DNA from: Nemertoderma westbladi
Lineage: Eukaryota > Animalia > Xenacoelomorpha
NCBI GenBank assembly: GCA_032718475.1
Contig: JAUCBJ010001194.1
Coordinates: 1-54,001, forward strand
Direction: 5' to 3'
Length of the DNA: 54,001 nucleotides
In this document: positions 12,486 to 25,186 of the stretch, piece after piece
How positions within the stretch are numbered: the first letter of the stretch is position 1
Layout: every line of letters begins with the position of its first letter
The notes under the pieces: model-generated
The model's input: the letters and a program-made list of their open reading frames with translations, nothing else
Databases searched by the model: none
Told to the model about the DNA's origin: nothing
Program-made: the position numbers and the translations under genes

Positions 12486-12811
12486 AGTAGTAGAGGTTTG
12501 GTCCTCTCGGTGACAGTTAGACCTCACTGACACCCATTGGGTATTTATGACACCCTATTATCACCCATAGAGTGTCATTGGCGCCAGACTGTCTGGGTGA
12601 CACCTCCCAATTAGGCTAATTAGACTCTAATTGATAGGTGGCATCAATTAATTAGTACAATTAAACCCTAATAGGTGTCTTACGACTCCTAATTAGGGTT
12701 TAATTGATTATCCTAATTAATCAGACTGATTAGCGCCCTGACATACAATGGGTCATCAGTGAGGTCTACCTGTCGCCGAGAGGACCAAAGGGTGTCATAA
12801 GTGACACCGCA
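12486..12811 (+). repeat. Left terminal inverted repeat (~326 bp), internally fold-back
   Basis: Reverse complement of 26722-27048; arms 12497-12539 and 12746-12789 are complementary to each other. Confidence 0.95.
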
Positions 12812-13882
12812 GCTCTTTTATTCATTAATTTTAATTAATTATTTGTATTTAATTTTACTTTATTTATTTGTATTTAATTTTAAATTAATTATTCATTTGT
12901 ACTTTATTTTAAATTAATTAATTGTATTACTTTTACTTTATACATTGATTTCTTAGCCATACTTAGCCATAGGGTATACAGCTCCCTTACTGGTAACTAA
13001 TTACTCTTATCTATATCCAGGCAGCTTTATCGTTGACCCCAGACCCCCAATTAGCTTTAACCAAGCAACAGCTTATTAATAATAGTTGTATCCAAGCGCC
13101 CCGCCCCCCTCTCATGACAGCTCTGATTACTATTTACTCTTACCTATATCCAGCCGTCTGCAGTTCCATAGTCTGCCGCTGTCTAGGGCCGTATGATCTG
13201 AAAATTAACATCTTCTCTAACTTTTCTATTTTCATTCCGAATAGGTTTAGACTCGGTAGGCATCTACTACGGCATAGGCCATATCTTTTGCGGAGTCATA
13301 GAGTAGTCTGAAGTTCCCCTGTCTGCCGCTAGAGGGCGTATTATTTGAAAATTAACATCTTCTCTAGCTTTGTCATTTACAATCCGCAAAACTATGAAGT
13401 TATATTGCTTAAGAGTTCTAAGGGGCGAGCCATGAGGCAAGATGTTTGAGGCTTATTTAGATATATTATTACTTAATTTTGACCCCCCAATCGGCATCTA
13501 CTACGGCATAGGCCATTTCTTTTGCGGAGTCATAGAGTAGTCTGAAGTTCACTGGTCTGCCACTAGAGGGCATATTATTTGAAAATTAACATCTTCTCTA
13601 GTGTAGTGACATCCAGTGGTTCACACTCTTACATATATATTATTTTACATATATTTGGTGGCTGGTTATTATTAAGTTACATTTATGATGTACCCTGATT
13701 ACGTTGGTTGCCTAGTGATATCGGCAGATCAGCTGATCATCAGTACTTCTGTAGTACTGCACTTCGGCTTCCAAAAGCCTACACCTGTACACTTCTGCAC
13801 TGCACTGTCAGATATATTAATACATAATATACTGATATGATATAGCCTCACGCTCACCCTTGAGTTATTCCATATTACTACA

Positions 13883-13897
13883 TGGCGCTGCGAGTAG
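13883..13897 (+). promoter_or_regulatory. Primer-binding site, tRNA-Ser-like
   Basis: TGGCGCTGCGAGTAG directly after the 5' LTR. Confidence 0.75.
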
Positions 13898-13961
13898 TCA
13901 CTTACTCCTGAACTCGATTCGCGGGTTTACCCTTTTTTATCGCACGTTCATTGACGTTCCG

Positions 13962-16900
13962 ATGGCAGAAGCGGAATACGCCGAGGATAAACCCTGGTTA
14001 GATCTAACCCACGACGAGATCAACGCATTAACCCGTGCCGAACTGTTGCAATACTGTCATGACGCCCGCATCCCGCATGACAACAAAACATCGGTTGTGA
14101 AGCTTAGAACTAAGCTCCAATCCGCAATCGAAACTCAGGAAAATCCACGCGGCATGGATAAACTCCTGCAGTTCATGCAACAGCAACAACGCGAACACCG
14201 CGAACAGCAGGCAGAAGCAAATCGCCGATTAGAGGAACAACAGGCCCGTTCCGATGCGCAACTTCGGGACCTTCTCGACAGACTTGCTCGTCAGCAAAAC
14301 GTCGACCCTGCCAACCCGGCATTAGCCCCCGTGGCACCAGTCCCCGGACCCCCCGGACGACGGCACTTGATCTCGATCGACAACCTCGACCGTATCGACA
14401 CCTCCGTCGACCTTCCCGCTTTCCGTCGCTGGCGGGACAGCTGGGAATATAACGCAAACCGCCAGCGGGCGGAGACATACCCCCGCCGCGAACAGGTTTA
14501 TACTCTCCTGACTGCGTTAGGTCCGGGACTCCAGGAAGTCGTCCGAGTCCACCTAAAACTGGATCCCGACGACGATGCCACGACTACGAAACTCGTACTC
14601 GACGGTCTGCGGGATCATCTTCGTTCCAAACGCAGCATTGCCCTGGATTGCTTGGCCTTCCATAAACGCCGCCAGGGCCCACAGGAGACGTTCGACGACT
14701 TCTACATCGCTCTCCAGCACCTCGCTGACCTCGCCGAACTCTGCCTACATTGCCGTGACGACCAAATTGTAACACAAATTTTGGTCGGTCTCCACTCCGC
14801 CGAGACACAACAGGAGCTCTTAAAAGTCTTACCCCGGCCCACACTCGACGTCTGCGTCCAGACTTGCCAAAACTGGGAGTCGAGCTCCAAAAATCAGTCG
14901 TTTCTCGGCGGCTCCGGTTCCATCGCGAAAGTTTCGCAATACAAGCAGCGGCACGGCCGCTCACCAATGCGTCCAGGTGCCCCCAATCGACCGCAAACCG
15001 GTTCGGGAAACCGCTCAACTCCCGGACAATCCACGAGAACCTCTTCTCGTGGCGGGAACCCTCGCGCACGCAATTGCGGTAATTGCGGTAACCAGCAACA
15101 TACCGACAGGTCCAATTGCCCCGCCCGAGAAGTTCAGTGCGATGGCTGCGGTAAAACCGGCCACTTTTACAAAGTATGCCGTTCCAGTGGTCCTGCGCCG
15201 AAACCCGCCAAAACTAACACTATATTATCCCGGGATTCCATCAACCGCCTCGAGTACAGCGCGGCGGTCTGTAAACTGGACTACATCTCGGTGGATCTCA
15301 CCCTGTCCGGTACCGGTACCTATCTGGGAAAGGTACACCGTGCGCTCCCCGACAGCGGCGCAGCAGCGACCATCCTAAGCGAAGACCTCTTCTACAAGCT
15401 CGGAGGCCTCCATGCGGATCTACTCCCGTCGATGAATCTGGATTTGGTCGCCGCGGATGGTCTTCCCCTTCAAACTCGCGGCCGCCTACCCGCTTCTATT
15501 ACTTCCGGTGGCAACACTGCAACTACCGAAGTCATTCTCTCTCCGGAGACGGAGGGTTTAATTCTAAGCAAATCCTTTTGCTTAGATCTTGGGATCCTCC
15601 CCCCGAGTTTCCCATATCCCATAGCCGTCTCCGCAACCTCAACTGGGACCCCTGTACCGGTCGCAGTTCTAGAACCTGATCCCTGTCATTCAGGTTCCGA
15701 CAGCCCTAGCGCTATTCTCGACCGTTACGGGGATGTTTTCGACGACGAGGCCGCCCCTCTGTCAACCATTACTGGTCCCCCCATGCATATAGAACTCAAG
15801 GAGGGCGCCCAGCCCTACCATGCCAACGGCGCTCGTCCGATTCCGTTTGCTCTTCGAGACGAGGTAAAAACCCTCCTTGATGACTTGGAACGCCGCGACG
15901 TCATACAGCGTGTGGATGAACCCACCGAGTGGGCCCACCCGCTTACAGTTACCCGGAAACCCAGCGGTAAACTTCGTCTATGTGTGGATTTGCGCCATCT
16001 TAACTACCAGGTTAAACGGCCATTCTACCCCACACCCAATCCACGAGTCGCGGTTGCAGAAATTTCCCCCACTGCTCGATACTTTTCAGTGTTCGACGCC
16101 TCCCATGGGTATTGGCAGGTACCCCTAGACGCTGAATCTCAGCTCCTAACCACCTTCATTACTCCATTGGGGCGATATAAACACACACGCAGTGTGATGG
16201 GGCTTATTTCTTCCGGCGACGAATTCAACCGCCGGGGCGATGACGCGCTCCGAGGTATCCCACGAATGCTTAAGATCGTGGACGATGTCCTCCTATACGA
16301 TAATACTCTCGAGGAACACATCTGTAGCATCCAACGCTTTCTCGAGCGCTGCAGATCGACTGGTATCTGCCTCCACCCTGGCAAGGTACAACTCGCGAAA
16401 TCGGAGGTGAAGTTTGGCGGCTTCCTCGTCGGCTCGGATGGCATCCGCGCTGACCCCGCTAAACTTTCTGCGATCGCGTCTTTCCCCCGACCGGAAACTC
16501 TCACCGACCTTCGGAGTTTCGTCGGTTTGGTGGAACAACTAGCTCCTTTCTCCACCTCCATCGCCGAGTTACTCCTTCCACTGCGACCTCTCCTGAGTAT
16601 CAAGTCGCCGTACATCTGGACCAGCGACCATCAGCGGGCCTTCGACGCCACTAAACGCGCCCTCACAACAACCCCAGTACTGGCTCCCTTTGATGTCTCC
16701 CTCGACACCCGACTTGTGACCGACGCTTCTCGCCTCAAAGGGCTCGGCTACGCCCTTCTCCAACGCCACGGTGTCGAGTGGAAGCTCGTTGAATGTGGCT
16801 CCAGATTCACTTCCGATACGGAATCGCGCTACGCAACAATTGAGCTCGAACTCCTTGCAGTCGTCTGGGCCGCCACAAAGTGTCGTACTTTCCTCCTTGG

Positions 16901-18517
16901 GCTCCCTAGCTTCACGCTCGTTACCGACCATCAACCACTGGTCACCATCCTCAACCGCAAGGGGCACTCTGAGGTTGACAACACTCGGATCCAGCGGCTG
17001 AAGTCAAAGTTGTCCCCGTATATATTTACCACAACTTGGTGCCGCGGGAAAGACCACGCAATCCCAGACGCGCTTTCCCGGTCACCCGTCGACCAACCGA
17101 CCGCAGCCGACCTCGTCGACGATGGCGAGATTGCCTACAATCTGCGCTCTGTTACACTCGCCAACGTCTCCGCGATTTCCGGCGAGGATCACCTCGAGGA
17201 CCCGGTCCTCCAGGAGCTATCGAACACTGCTAGGGAAGACGAGGCTTACCGTTCTCTACATACCGCTGTCCAGCACGGTTTCCCCCCCCAGTTCACGTAG
17301 CGACCCCGCGGTTGGTGCCTACTGGTCCCTCCGGGACTCCCTATCAACAGATGGCGACCTGGTACTTTATGGTCAACGCCTCGTCATCCCCCAGGCGGCC
17401 CGAGCCATCACGTTGGAACGCCTCCACACTCCCCATCAAGGGGTTGACAAATCCCTTCGGCGAGCCCGACAGTGCGTGTACTGGCCGGGCCTCACCAATG
17501 ACATTCGGACATCCGTCGCCAGCTGTCCGTCGTGTCTTCGCCACCGATCGACCCCACCGAAGGAACCCTTCCTCCAGGAACCTCTCCCAACACGGATATT
17601 CGAAGACATATCCGCGGACTTTTTCAGCCAAATGGCCGGCACTACGTCGCCCTCGCCGATCGTTACAGCGGCTGGCCCGACCTTCACAACTTCCCGGGTC
17701 CCCCAACCGCTCTACAGACTATTGCGGCGCTAAAACAATGGTTTACCCGGTATGGTATACCAACCCGACTCCGCTCGGATGGCGGCACCCCACTCACCGC
17801 CACAGCGACAAAAACATTTTTAACGAATGGGGTGTTATCCCAGTTACCTCCTCCGCAGAATACCCGCAGGGTAATGGGCACGCGGAGGCAACTGTAAAGT
17901 CCCTCAAGAGCCTTCTAGATAAAGTAGGTGGCTCTCACACCTCCGAGGCCTTTGCCGAGGGTCTACTCTCACTCAGGAACAGCCCACGGGAGAGCGGTCT
18001 GTCTCCCGCTCAAGTAGTGTACGGCCACCCCCTCCGTACTCGCGTCCCCGCACACCACAGTGCATTTGCGGCGGACCACCAGGCCACACGGCGCCGACTC
18101 GATGAAGTTCTTCCACCACTACGTGCGCAACGCATTGCCGACTATAACAAAGCGGCCCACAGCCTCCCGCCCCTCGCAGTTCATGGCCACGTCGTGATAC
18201 AAGACCCCCACTCCAAACGCTGGGACCGAAAGGGGATGGTCGTCGAGGCTGGGCCCAACCGTAGATACACGGTCAGGACCCCTTCCGGCCGTAATATAAG
18301 TAGGAACCGTCGCTTCCTACTTCTCGACACTTCGACGCCACTCTCCAGTGCCGCTCCGGCAATTCCCAGGATTCCCGACGACACTGCCACAACACACAAA
18401 CCCGTGGCGGATATCAACCCCGCCGGGCCACCTAAAACTGTCAGATTTGACAATAATGTTACTACACGCACCCACCGTTACCCTACTCGGCAACATAAAC
18501 CCCCACAGCGACTATAA
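13962..18517 (+). CDS. gag-pol: Gypsy gag-pol polyprotein; three frameshifts in the integrase half (~17285, ~17622, ~17820)
   Basis: Twin knuckles [10 protein letters not shown] / [49 protein letters not shown]...CPSC, SADFF, RSDGG, GNGHAE. Confidence 0.95.
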
Positions 18518-18530
18518 CTCATAACGAGCT

Positions 18531-18540
18531 AGAAGGGGGG
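18531..18540 (+). promoter_or_regulatory. Polypurine tract
   Basis: agaagggggg abutting the 3' LTR. Confidence 0.9.
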
Positions 18541-19404
18541 TGTAGTGACATCCAGTGGTTCACACTCTTACATATATATTATTTTACATATATTTGGTGG
18601 CTGGTTATTATTAAGTTACATTTATGATGTACCCTGATTACGTTGGTTGCCTAGTGATATCGGCAGATCAGCTGATCATCAGTACTTCTGTAGTACTGCA
18701 CTTCGGCTTCCAAAAGCCTACACCTGTACACTTCTGCACTGCACTGTCAGATATATTAATACATAATATGCTGATATGATATAGCCTCACGCTCACCCTT
18801 GAGTTATTCCATATTACTACATCTAGCTTTGTTATTTACAATCCGCAAAACTATGAAGTTATATTGCTTAAGAGTTCTAGGGGGCGAGCCATGAGGCAAA
18901 ATGTTTGAGACTTATTTAGATATATTATTACTTAATTTTGACCCCTCAATCGGTATCTATTACAATATGGGCTATATTTTTTGCAGTCACAGAGTAGTCT
19001 GAAGTTCCCCAGTCTGCCGCTAGAGGGTGAAATGTCTCAAAGTGAAAAACATATGGTCGCCATGAATTGGTTACTAGGCAATAATACGGCATTTTGCAAC
19101 GTTAGGCCTATTGCTGACCGAACGAAAACTGCCCTGGTTTATGGTAGTAACAATGTGTTGGCAAGCTGTATTTTTCGAGGTGTTTGTTATTATACATTTA
19201 TTATAGGAAGGGATCTAGGGGTCTTTACCTCGAATGATAAGTTTATTTTACCGAAAATAACTTATCTTTTATTAGCGCAATTGTAGGACTAATCCCATCA
19301 CATGCGTACTTTTTAACCGGGTAGTGTACAAATTTAAGAATCGCGTAATTTTTCTTGCAATTAATATCTCATATCTCTCCAAACCACGTACGCGTTTTGA
19401 CCTT

Positions 19405-19482
19405 ACTGGGTCTTATGCAGGGATCGAACCCATGCCATATGGGAGATGTGAATTCAATGCAACCACTACACCAAGGTGGAAC
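19405..19482 (-). mobile_element. tRNA-derived SINE head or tRNA pseudogene
   Basis: Minus strand has A-box TGGTGTAGTGG and B-box GGTTCGATCCC; no clean cloverleaf. Confidence 0.5.
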
Positions 19483-19545
19483 AGTAACAGTCGAATTTGT
19501 TCGTTGACGTTCCAATTTGTAAGACTCTCATTTAAGACCTGACAC

Positions 19546-19865
19546 AGACTATGACTCACTGAGGCATAGACTATGCCTCACTGAGGCACTGAGGCATAGA
19601 CTATACCTCACTGAGGCACTGAGGCATAGACTGTGCCTCACCGAGGCATAGACTATGCCTCACTGAGGCACTGAGGCATAGACTATGCCTCACTGAGGCA
19701 CTGAGGCATAGACTATGCCTCACTGAGGCACTGAGGCTTAAACTATGCCTCACTGAGGCACTGAGGCATAGACTATGCCTCACTGAGGCATTAAGGCATA
19801 GACTATGACTCACTGATGCATAGACTATGCCTCACTGAATATGACAGGCATAGAATATGACTCAT
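19546..19865 (+). repeat. Palindromic minisatellite (tgaggcatag-a-ctatgcctca plus ctgaggca spacers)
   Basis: About 11 hairpin-capable units; inverted counterpart at 26570-26721. Confidence 0.95.
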
Positions 19866-20236
19866 AAGGGTCTAAGGCCTTCAAGCTGATCATTTGCTTA
19901 GTTTTCTAATTAGAAGGTCGTGAGTTCGAACCATAGAAGAGCATTATTCTTTTTCCTAGCTCTAGGCTGACTCTAGTGTACACTAGCTTTGACTCTCCCA
20001 GCTATAGTGATAGTATGCAACCTTGGGAGTTAATGTGAGTAAAGGCCAAGAGATTAGACTTCAGGTTGCCTCCATTGATTCACTCTTCTTAACTTTATAA
20101 AGTTACTCAACCCTTATTTAAAGTTTTAAAAATTATGACATAGTCGACCAATTTTCCAAAGTATATTATAAAAACATATAATTTCTTGAATAAATAGACC
20201 TAATAGTAATAAATATTGTGGGGTAAATACATTTAT

Positions 20237-20345
20237 AATACTAATATAATTATTATGGATAAATAGTCCGAATACTAATATAATTGTTATGGATAAATAG
20301 TCCTAATACTAATATAATTGTTTTGGATAAATAGCCCTAATACTA
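20237..20345. repeat. ~35-bp AT-rich tandem repeat x3
   Basis: aatactaatataatt.tt.tggataaatag repeated. Confidence 0.8.
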
Positions 20346-20808
20346 TTATGAAAGGAACTCAAACAAACAAATGTCAATAGCGTCGTCCTGCGCGGGCATA
20401 TACTGAACGAGAGTTTTTTTATCATAGGTCTTCGAAAATTAGTAAAAGCTGGTTGATTTACTTTACTTTCATCTTCCTCATTACCCAACTGTTTCTTAAT
20501 TTTATTCAATTGTTCATTAATTTTCAGTAATTTACTTTTATTTCCCAGAACCTGTTAGTCGAGTAGACGCTTGGTACATTTTACTGACGAACCGTTCTCC
20601 AGCGTATGACTGCAATTTTATTTGCTCATGATGTTGTTCAACATTATAACAATAAATTTTCGCTATAAAGACTTTGGGAAAGGTTGAGCAATTTTTTTTA
20701 TTGCCGTTTGTTTGGAGGATAAAATCTTAACAAAATTACCAAAAAAATGTTAATCTATGTAGAGAATGTGTTAGCAACAACATTAAACATTCTAGAATAT
20801 TATGTTTT

Positions 20809-20959
20809 TATGATTCAAAACATTGCAGTAATAAGTTACATGTAGGCAATGAAAATTTATTATGATTCAAAACACTTCAGTAATAAGTTACATGTAGGCA
20901 ATGAAAATTTATTATGATTCAAAACACTTCAGTAATAAGTTACATTTAGGCAATGAAAA
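20809..20959. repeat. 52-bp tandem repeat x3
   Basis: tatgattcaaaaca..cagtaataagttacat.taggcaatgaaaa at 20809, 20861, 20913. Confidence 0.9.
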
Positions 20960-21039
20960 GGACCTTAAAGAGAGTTGGAGGCGACGAGTGCTTTGACTAA
21001 AATAATTAAAAAATATTGTGATTAATAGTGACATTTAGT

Positions 21040-21300
21040 TTTGAGAAAGATTGCCTTATCTGGATCTACCGCCTTATGTAAGGCGATAGATCCCAAAAAT
21101 CCAAAAGTTGGAAACGCTAGAAAAATGCAGCGATAGCAATATGAGAAAGGACTTTTGCCATTTGCGAAACAAGATTGCCACGATACGAAGAATTAGCTGG
21201 AAATTTGAAGATTTCGTTGGATTTGGGAGATGGTGAGCGTGAAGACCTAACTATTTTGGGAACCCGATTCTATCGAAGTTGTTACGTCAATTTTAAAGGT
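21040..21300 (+). pseudogene. Possible degenerate DNA-transposase N-terminal fragment (Academ-like)
   Basis: KDCLI...DPKNPK and DL....TRFYRSCYVNF resemble the YHxxCY motif region; very decayed. Confidence 0.25.
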
Positions 21301-21744
21301 AATATACTTAATGTACACCACCTTTTAATATATAGAATATTGTATAATACTTATATTTAAAAAGATTTGTATTTTCGCTTTACAATTGTTGTTGGAGAAT
21401 AATTTTAAAACGTCTCCATCCAATCTAATCTAGCCACGGCCCTATCAAGCATTATTGATCATTTTATACTACTTTTTATGTAGCTATTTTTACGTTTGAT
21501 ACATATAAATGTTCTGGAACATATTGCCGTTACCCAACATTTATACAATATTATTGTATTTTATTTTTAATATTTCAGATTTTATTTATTTATTTTAAAA
21601 TATGGCAGATTTTTTTGTTATGATAGAAATATTTTTTCAACTTTATTTGTTTATAACATAAGCCTATATAAAAAAAAAAGTGAATAAACGCAACATAAAA
21701 GAGCAACATTCTCTATGTGAGGCCTAATCCTATATAGAATAATT

Positions 21745-22800
21745 TTATTGTATAATATACAATAAAATGATTCTATATAGTATTTTGGCAGCTTCCACAA
21801 GCAGACAGATCCCACGATAGTTTGTTGGTATGCCGAGGTCTCCTTTCTTGGGGAGAGGCTTTAGTTGACCTTTAGTCCAAATTGGTGGTGGATTTTCCCC
21901 TTTTAACATCCGGTTGCAATCATCCGAAAATGGTCTTTTTAGCACTCATGTTTTCCATACCTATTCAGGGATTTCACCTAATCCACTCGCTTTATAATTG
22001 GACATGCTTTTAATACTTTCTCAACCTTGTTGATGTTTTCGGCTGTTGGTTGTTCAGTTTTTACTTTGGAGTAGGAGTATCTTAACATCTTCTCTCTTGC
22101 GATTTTGAACTTCTACTGTGTGAGCTTCCTTTACTGCATTGTCAGTTCTGAGTTTCTCCCAGTCGTAGTTGATTTGCTTGCTTGTCCTGAGTTTACTGGC
22201 TCTCAAACTGAGTCTGAGCTCTGCAGTCTGGTCTGGTCCGAACCAATTAGGTTGAACGAGCTGTACTGTATGCCTCGCAGTTAAATGTCCATCCTTACTC
22301 TTTTCGAATGTGGTGTTTGTATGTATCAACGACTTTATAAGCCCTTTCAAATCTTCTAGTCCTTGACTGCTTGTTCTGCATTATTGGTTGGATTGTAGCA
22401 ACACATTGCTGTTGTCTTGTCATTCCCACCAAAAATGTTGTAATTATATTAGTTTATGATCCTGGAATTTTTATATTCGATGGGGTTTAGTGTCAGAAGT
22501 GTAAATGGACTTAGGAGAATTCATACTCCACCAATTGAAACTTTGACCGAATTGCTTTCTCCTGAATTTGCAGACTGGAAGTGGATGGACGTTATACTGT
22601 AAACGTCCACTTCAAATGTCATTCATTATACTTGGCAATGTCTCATGACTAATCTGATATTATTGAATACAAATGATGTCGATGTAATATTCCATTGCCA
22701 GAGCTGCAATAATGTTTGCTAAGCAGTTTTAGAGTGCGTGGGCGTGCGTTCATTGTAGCAATCTTTAGTGTCTTTCTAAGTTTCAACAGGTTGGTTCTCA
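21745..22800 (-). mobile_element. Decayed RTE-like LINE (AP endonuclease to RT N-terminus)
   Basis: LKIATMNAR.TL, HTNTTFEK, YDWEKL, WTKGQLKPLPKKGDLGIPTNYRGICL. Confidence 0.8.
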
Positions 22801-22806
22801 TTCTGC

Positions 22807-22862
22807 TCGACCTTCTTTCATTCACTGGGGTCGATAAAATGAGTACCTGTTGAATTACTGGG
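22807..22862 (+). repeat. Deu/Nin-domain-like SINE core fragment
   Basis: tttcattcactggggtcgataaaatgagtacc; related core on the minus strand at ~38845-38885. Confidence 0.55.
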
Positions 22863-22938
22863 AGCAAACCTTGGGATACGAGTAGCACCAGTCATACCTT
22901 CGGGTAGCAGCTACTGAAGAGGGAGACAAAAGCATGTT

Positions 22939-23033
22939 ACAGTGGCACGTTATTCTACCCAAAAGGATAAACGAAAGTCAATTGAACAGGTTACAGTTTT
23001 ATTTTTGGGAGTAACCAGCTGTTATTTGCGTCG
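22939..23033 (+). repeat. Dispersed ~95-bp repeat (second copy 47898-47994)
   Basis: acagtggcacgttattcta.ccaaaa...gaacagg.tacagttttattt.tggga shared. Confidence 0.8.
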
Positions 23034-25186
23034 ATTTTTCCCTGGAGAGGGATGAATTTTGATTGCGACTAAAGGCCCTCCCAATCTTCGAAGAGATGCC
23101 TTCAGTCCGACTGTTTGATTGGCTTTCTTTACTATTGTATAATGCAGATATTGATATATTATTCAAATTCCTAGAACTTTTAATTCCTGCAAAGCTAACC
23201 TAGCATTGCGAATTATCTTGCACAAAATATAATGAAAGTATTATTTATTTCAGATGTAAAATTTAGAATTAAAGGAAACTGCAGCAGTCAAGAATGAATA
23301 TAAGAAGAGCGGGCTCGCAAGTATTATTCTGGAGAGCGGCTGTAGATAATATGCAGCCGGCAGCCGCCACTATAGCCTACAAACTTTGGTTGGATGTGGC
23401 AGCAATTTATAAATTGGGCTTTCAATTTTTATTGCAAGTGTGCGAACAAGGACTGTGATAACGTGTTAACTAGAACGCCATCAAGATGGCTTTAAACGAA
23501 CCTGTCTTACACAGACTCCAAGAAACAGATGGGATTGGAAGATGCAAACCAAGAATGACTTGCATCAACCAAAAAACTGCCTCCCATCTAATGTAATACA
23601 CATTCGCCTAGGCAAACAAATCATAATCACAATTACTACGATGATGTGTGAAATGGTATCCATATCCGCAACCTGAGAAACGGCCCAAAAGAGCAGTTTA
23701 TTCTGCGGAGGGGTCTTTTCTGTATTAGATAAATAAAATAAAGAACACTATAATTACAGTATTTATACCTGATACATTCTCAGTTAGCCTAATAAAAACA
23801 TCGGAGCAACCAATATAATGTACATGTACAAGCATCCTATGAAAGTTTGTGAAATGTTCCCTTAAGTCTACCCAACAGCCGTTGGTACCCGGCTGGCAGC
23901 CACCCTGGTTCAGTTGTATGGTTTTGTTAGTTTAATCGACAGCTGTTGTAAACGTCCCAGATATACAAAACCTACTAAGCCTTTGCATTACAATTGAGCT
24001 TAGCCTAAGTTGATGACAGTATTATAACGATGACAATTAGGCCCTATAGATACATACGATATATAAATGATGTACTGCTTGACATTACACTAACTGGCTG
24101 AATAGAGATAGAACTATAATAATACGTTTGGCATTCTGTCAGATTTCAGTAGTAAGTAACCTCATAATAATTGCTAAATATCAATCACCTGAAAAACATT
24201 TCAAGCAAGGGAGTTGTGGGTATTTAATTTCGCGTTCAATAATGTTGAAAATATGCAAATATTTCGAATATCGCACTTCGAATCGTTCCCAACTTTTTTA
24301 TTCAACAACTAGACAACAATTGATAAATACTTGCGTTTACAATTTTACAATGCATGCAAGTGGTTTCAAGCCATTTGGTGAACATACATAGTGAGTGATA
24401 TAGTGACATATATAGTGATATAGGTAAATATATCCATCGTGTTTTTGCCGGCCTCAGCTTTAGACAAAAACTACCCAGTCTAAAGACAGGTTCGTTATAA
24501 ATATATTATCAAACATTCAACTAAAAGTAATTACTGCAAATGCAGAAGTTGTTTCATCGACAGTCTTTCACCTTTCCTTTCACGGTCCACTGGTAATACC
24601 GGACATCACCTTACATAAACAACATCTCAGTTTGGGTAACCACTGCTACAGTACTTCGAAAAGGATAAACCTGCGCCATTCTGTCCATAAATGCGTCCAA
24701 AGTCCACATTCGAATTAACATATTTCCAACATATTTTCCACCAGTTCTTGAGGATACATGTCTAGCGAGAGTTAGGGTGCGGACAGCATATATTCCTGAC
24801 AGACAGGTATGTCGGTGCATTACTTGGCCACAGTGATGAGCTCCAAATTGCACACCGAGCCTTGTATGTATTACAAGTTCACTGCCTGTAACAGTGTTTG
24901 CCATAACATTGCAATGCTACAAAATTTGTAACTCATAACTGCAAACATAATCCTTATTCCTTACATTTTTATTTTCTCGAGCTTGGTTTCTCCTTATTTA
25001 TGATTGACCAGTGTCTAAATAGATAAATATACCCCTGCGTGTTAATTCATTATTGTTGCTATGTAAAACATCTGTCGTTAAGATAAATAGTGTTCTAGAG
25101 AAAATTGCTCAATGCGGACTATGTGAAATATAACATAATTTCAAATGGTTTATACAAGTTAACACTTTCAGCAAAAAAAACTGCAG

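Larger units (their letters stand above)
13602..18821 (+). mobile_element. Full-length Ty3/Gypsy LTR retrotransposon, Mag-like
   Basis: 281-bp LTRs 13602-13882 and 18541-18821 (TGTAGT...ACTACA, one mismatch seen); 5-bp TSD TCTAG; PBS; PPT; gag-PR-RT-RH-IN. Confidence 0.98.
13160..19030. repeat. ~240-bp tandem repeat array (13160-13601, resuming 18822-19030) interrupted by the Gypsy element
   Basis: gaaaattaacatcttctcta, ggcatctactacggcataggccat and gagtagtctgaagttc recur on both sides of the Gypsy insertion. Confidence 0.8.

Noticed and set aside
12486-12495. TIR terminus AGTAGTAGAG identical to part of the 37-bp satellite
   Set aside because: Only 10 nt of low-complexity sequence; no further similarity
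24560-24904. 97-aa ORF as a gene; faint resemblance of other frames to a Bel/Pao integrase tail
   Set aside because: No coherent frame; too decayed to support either call
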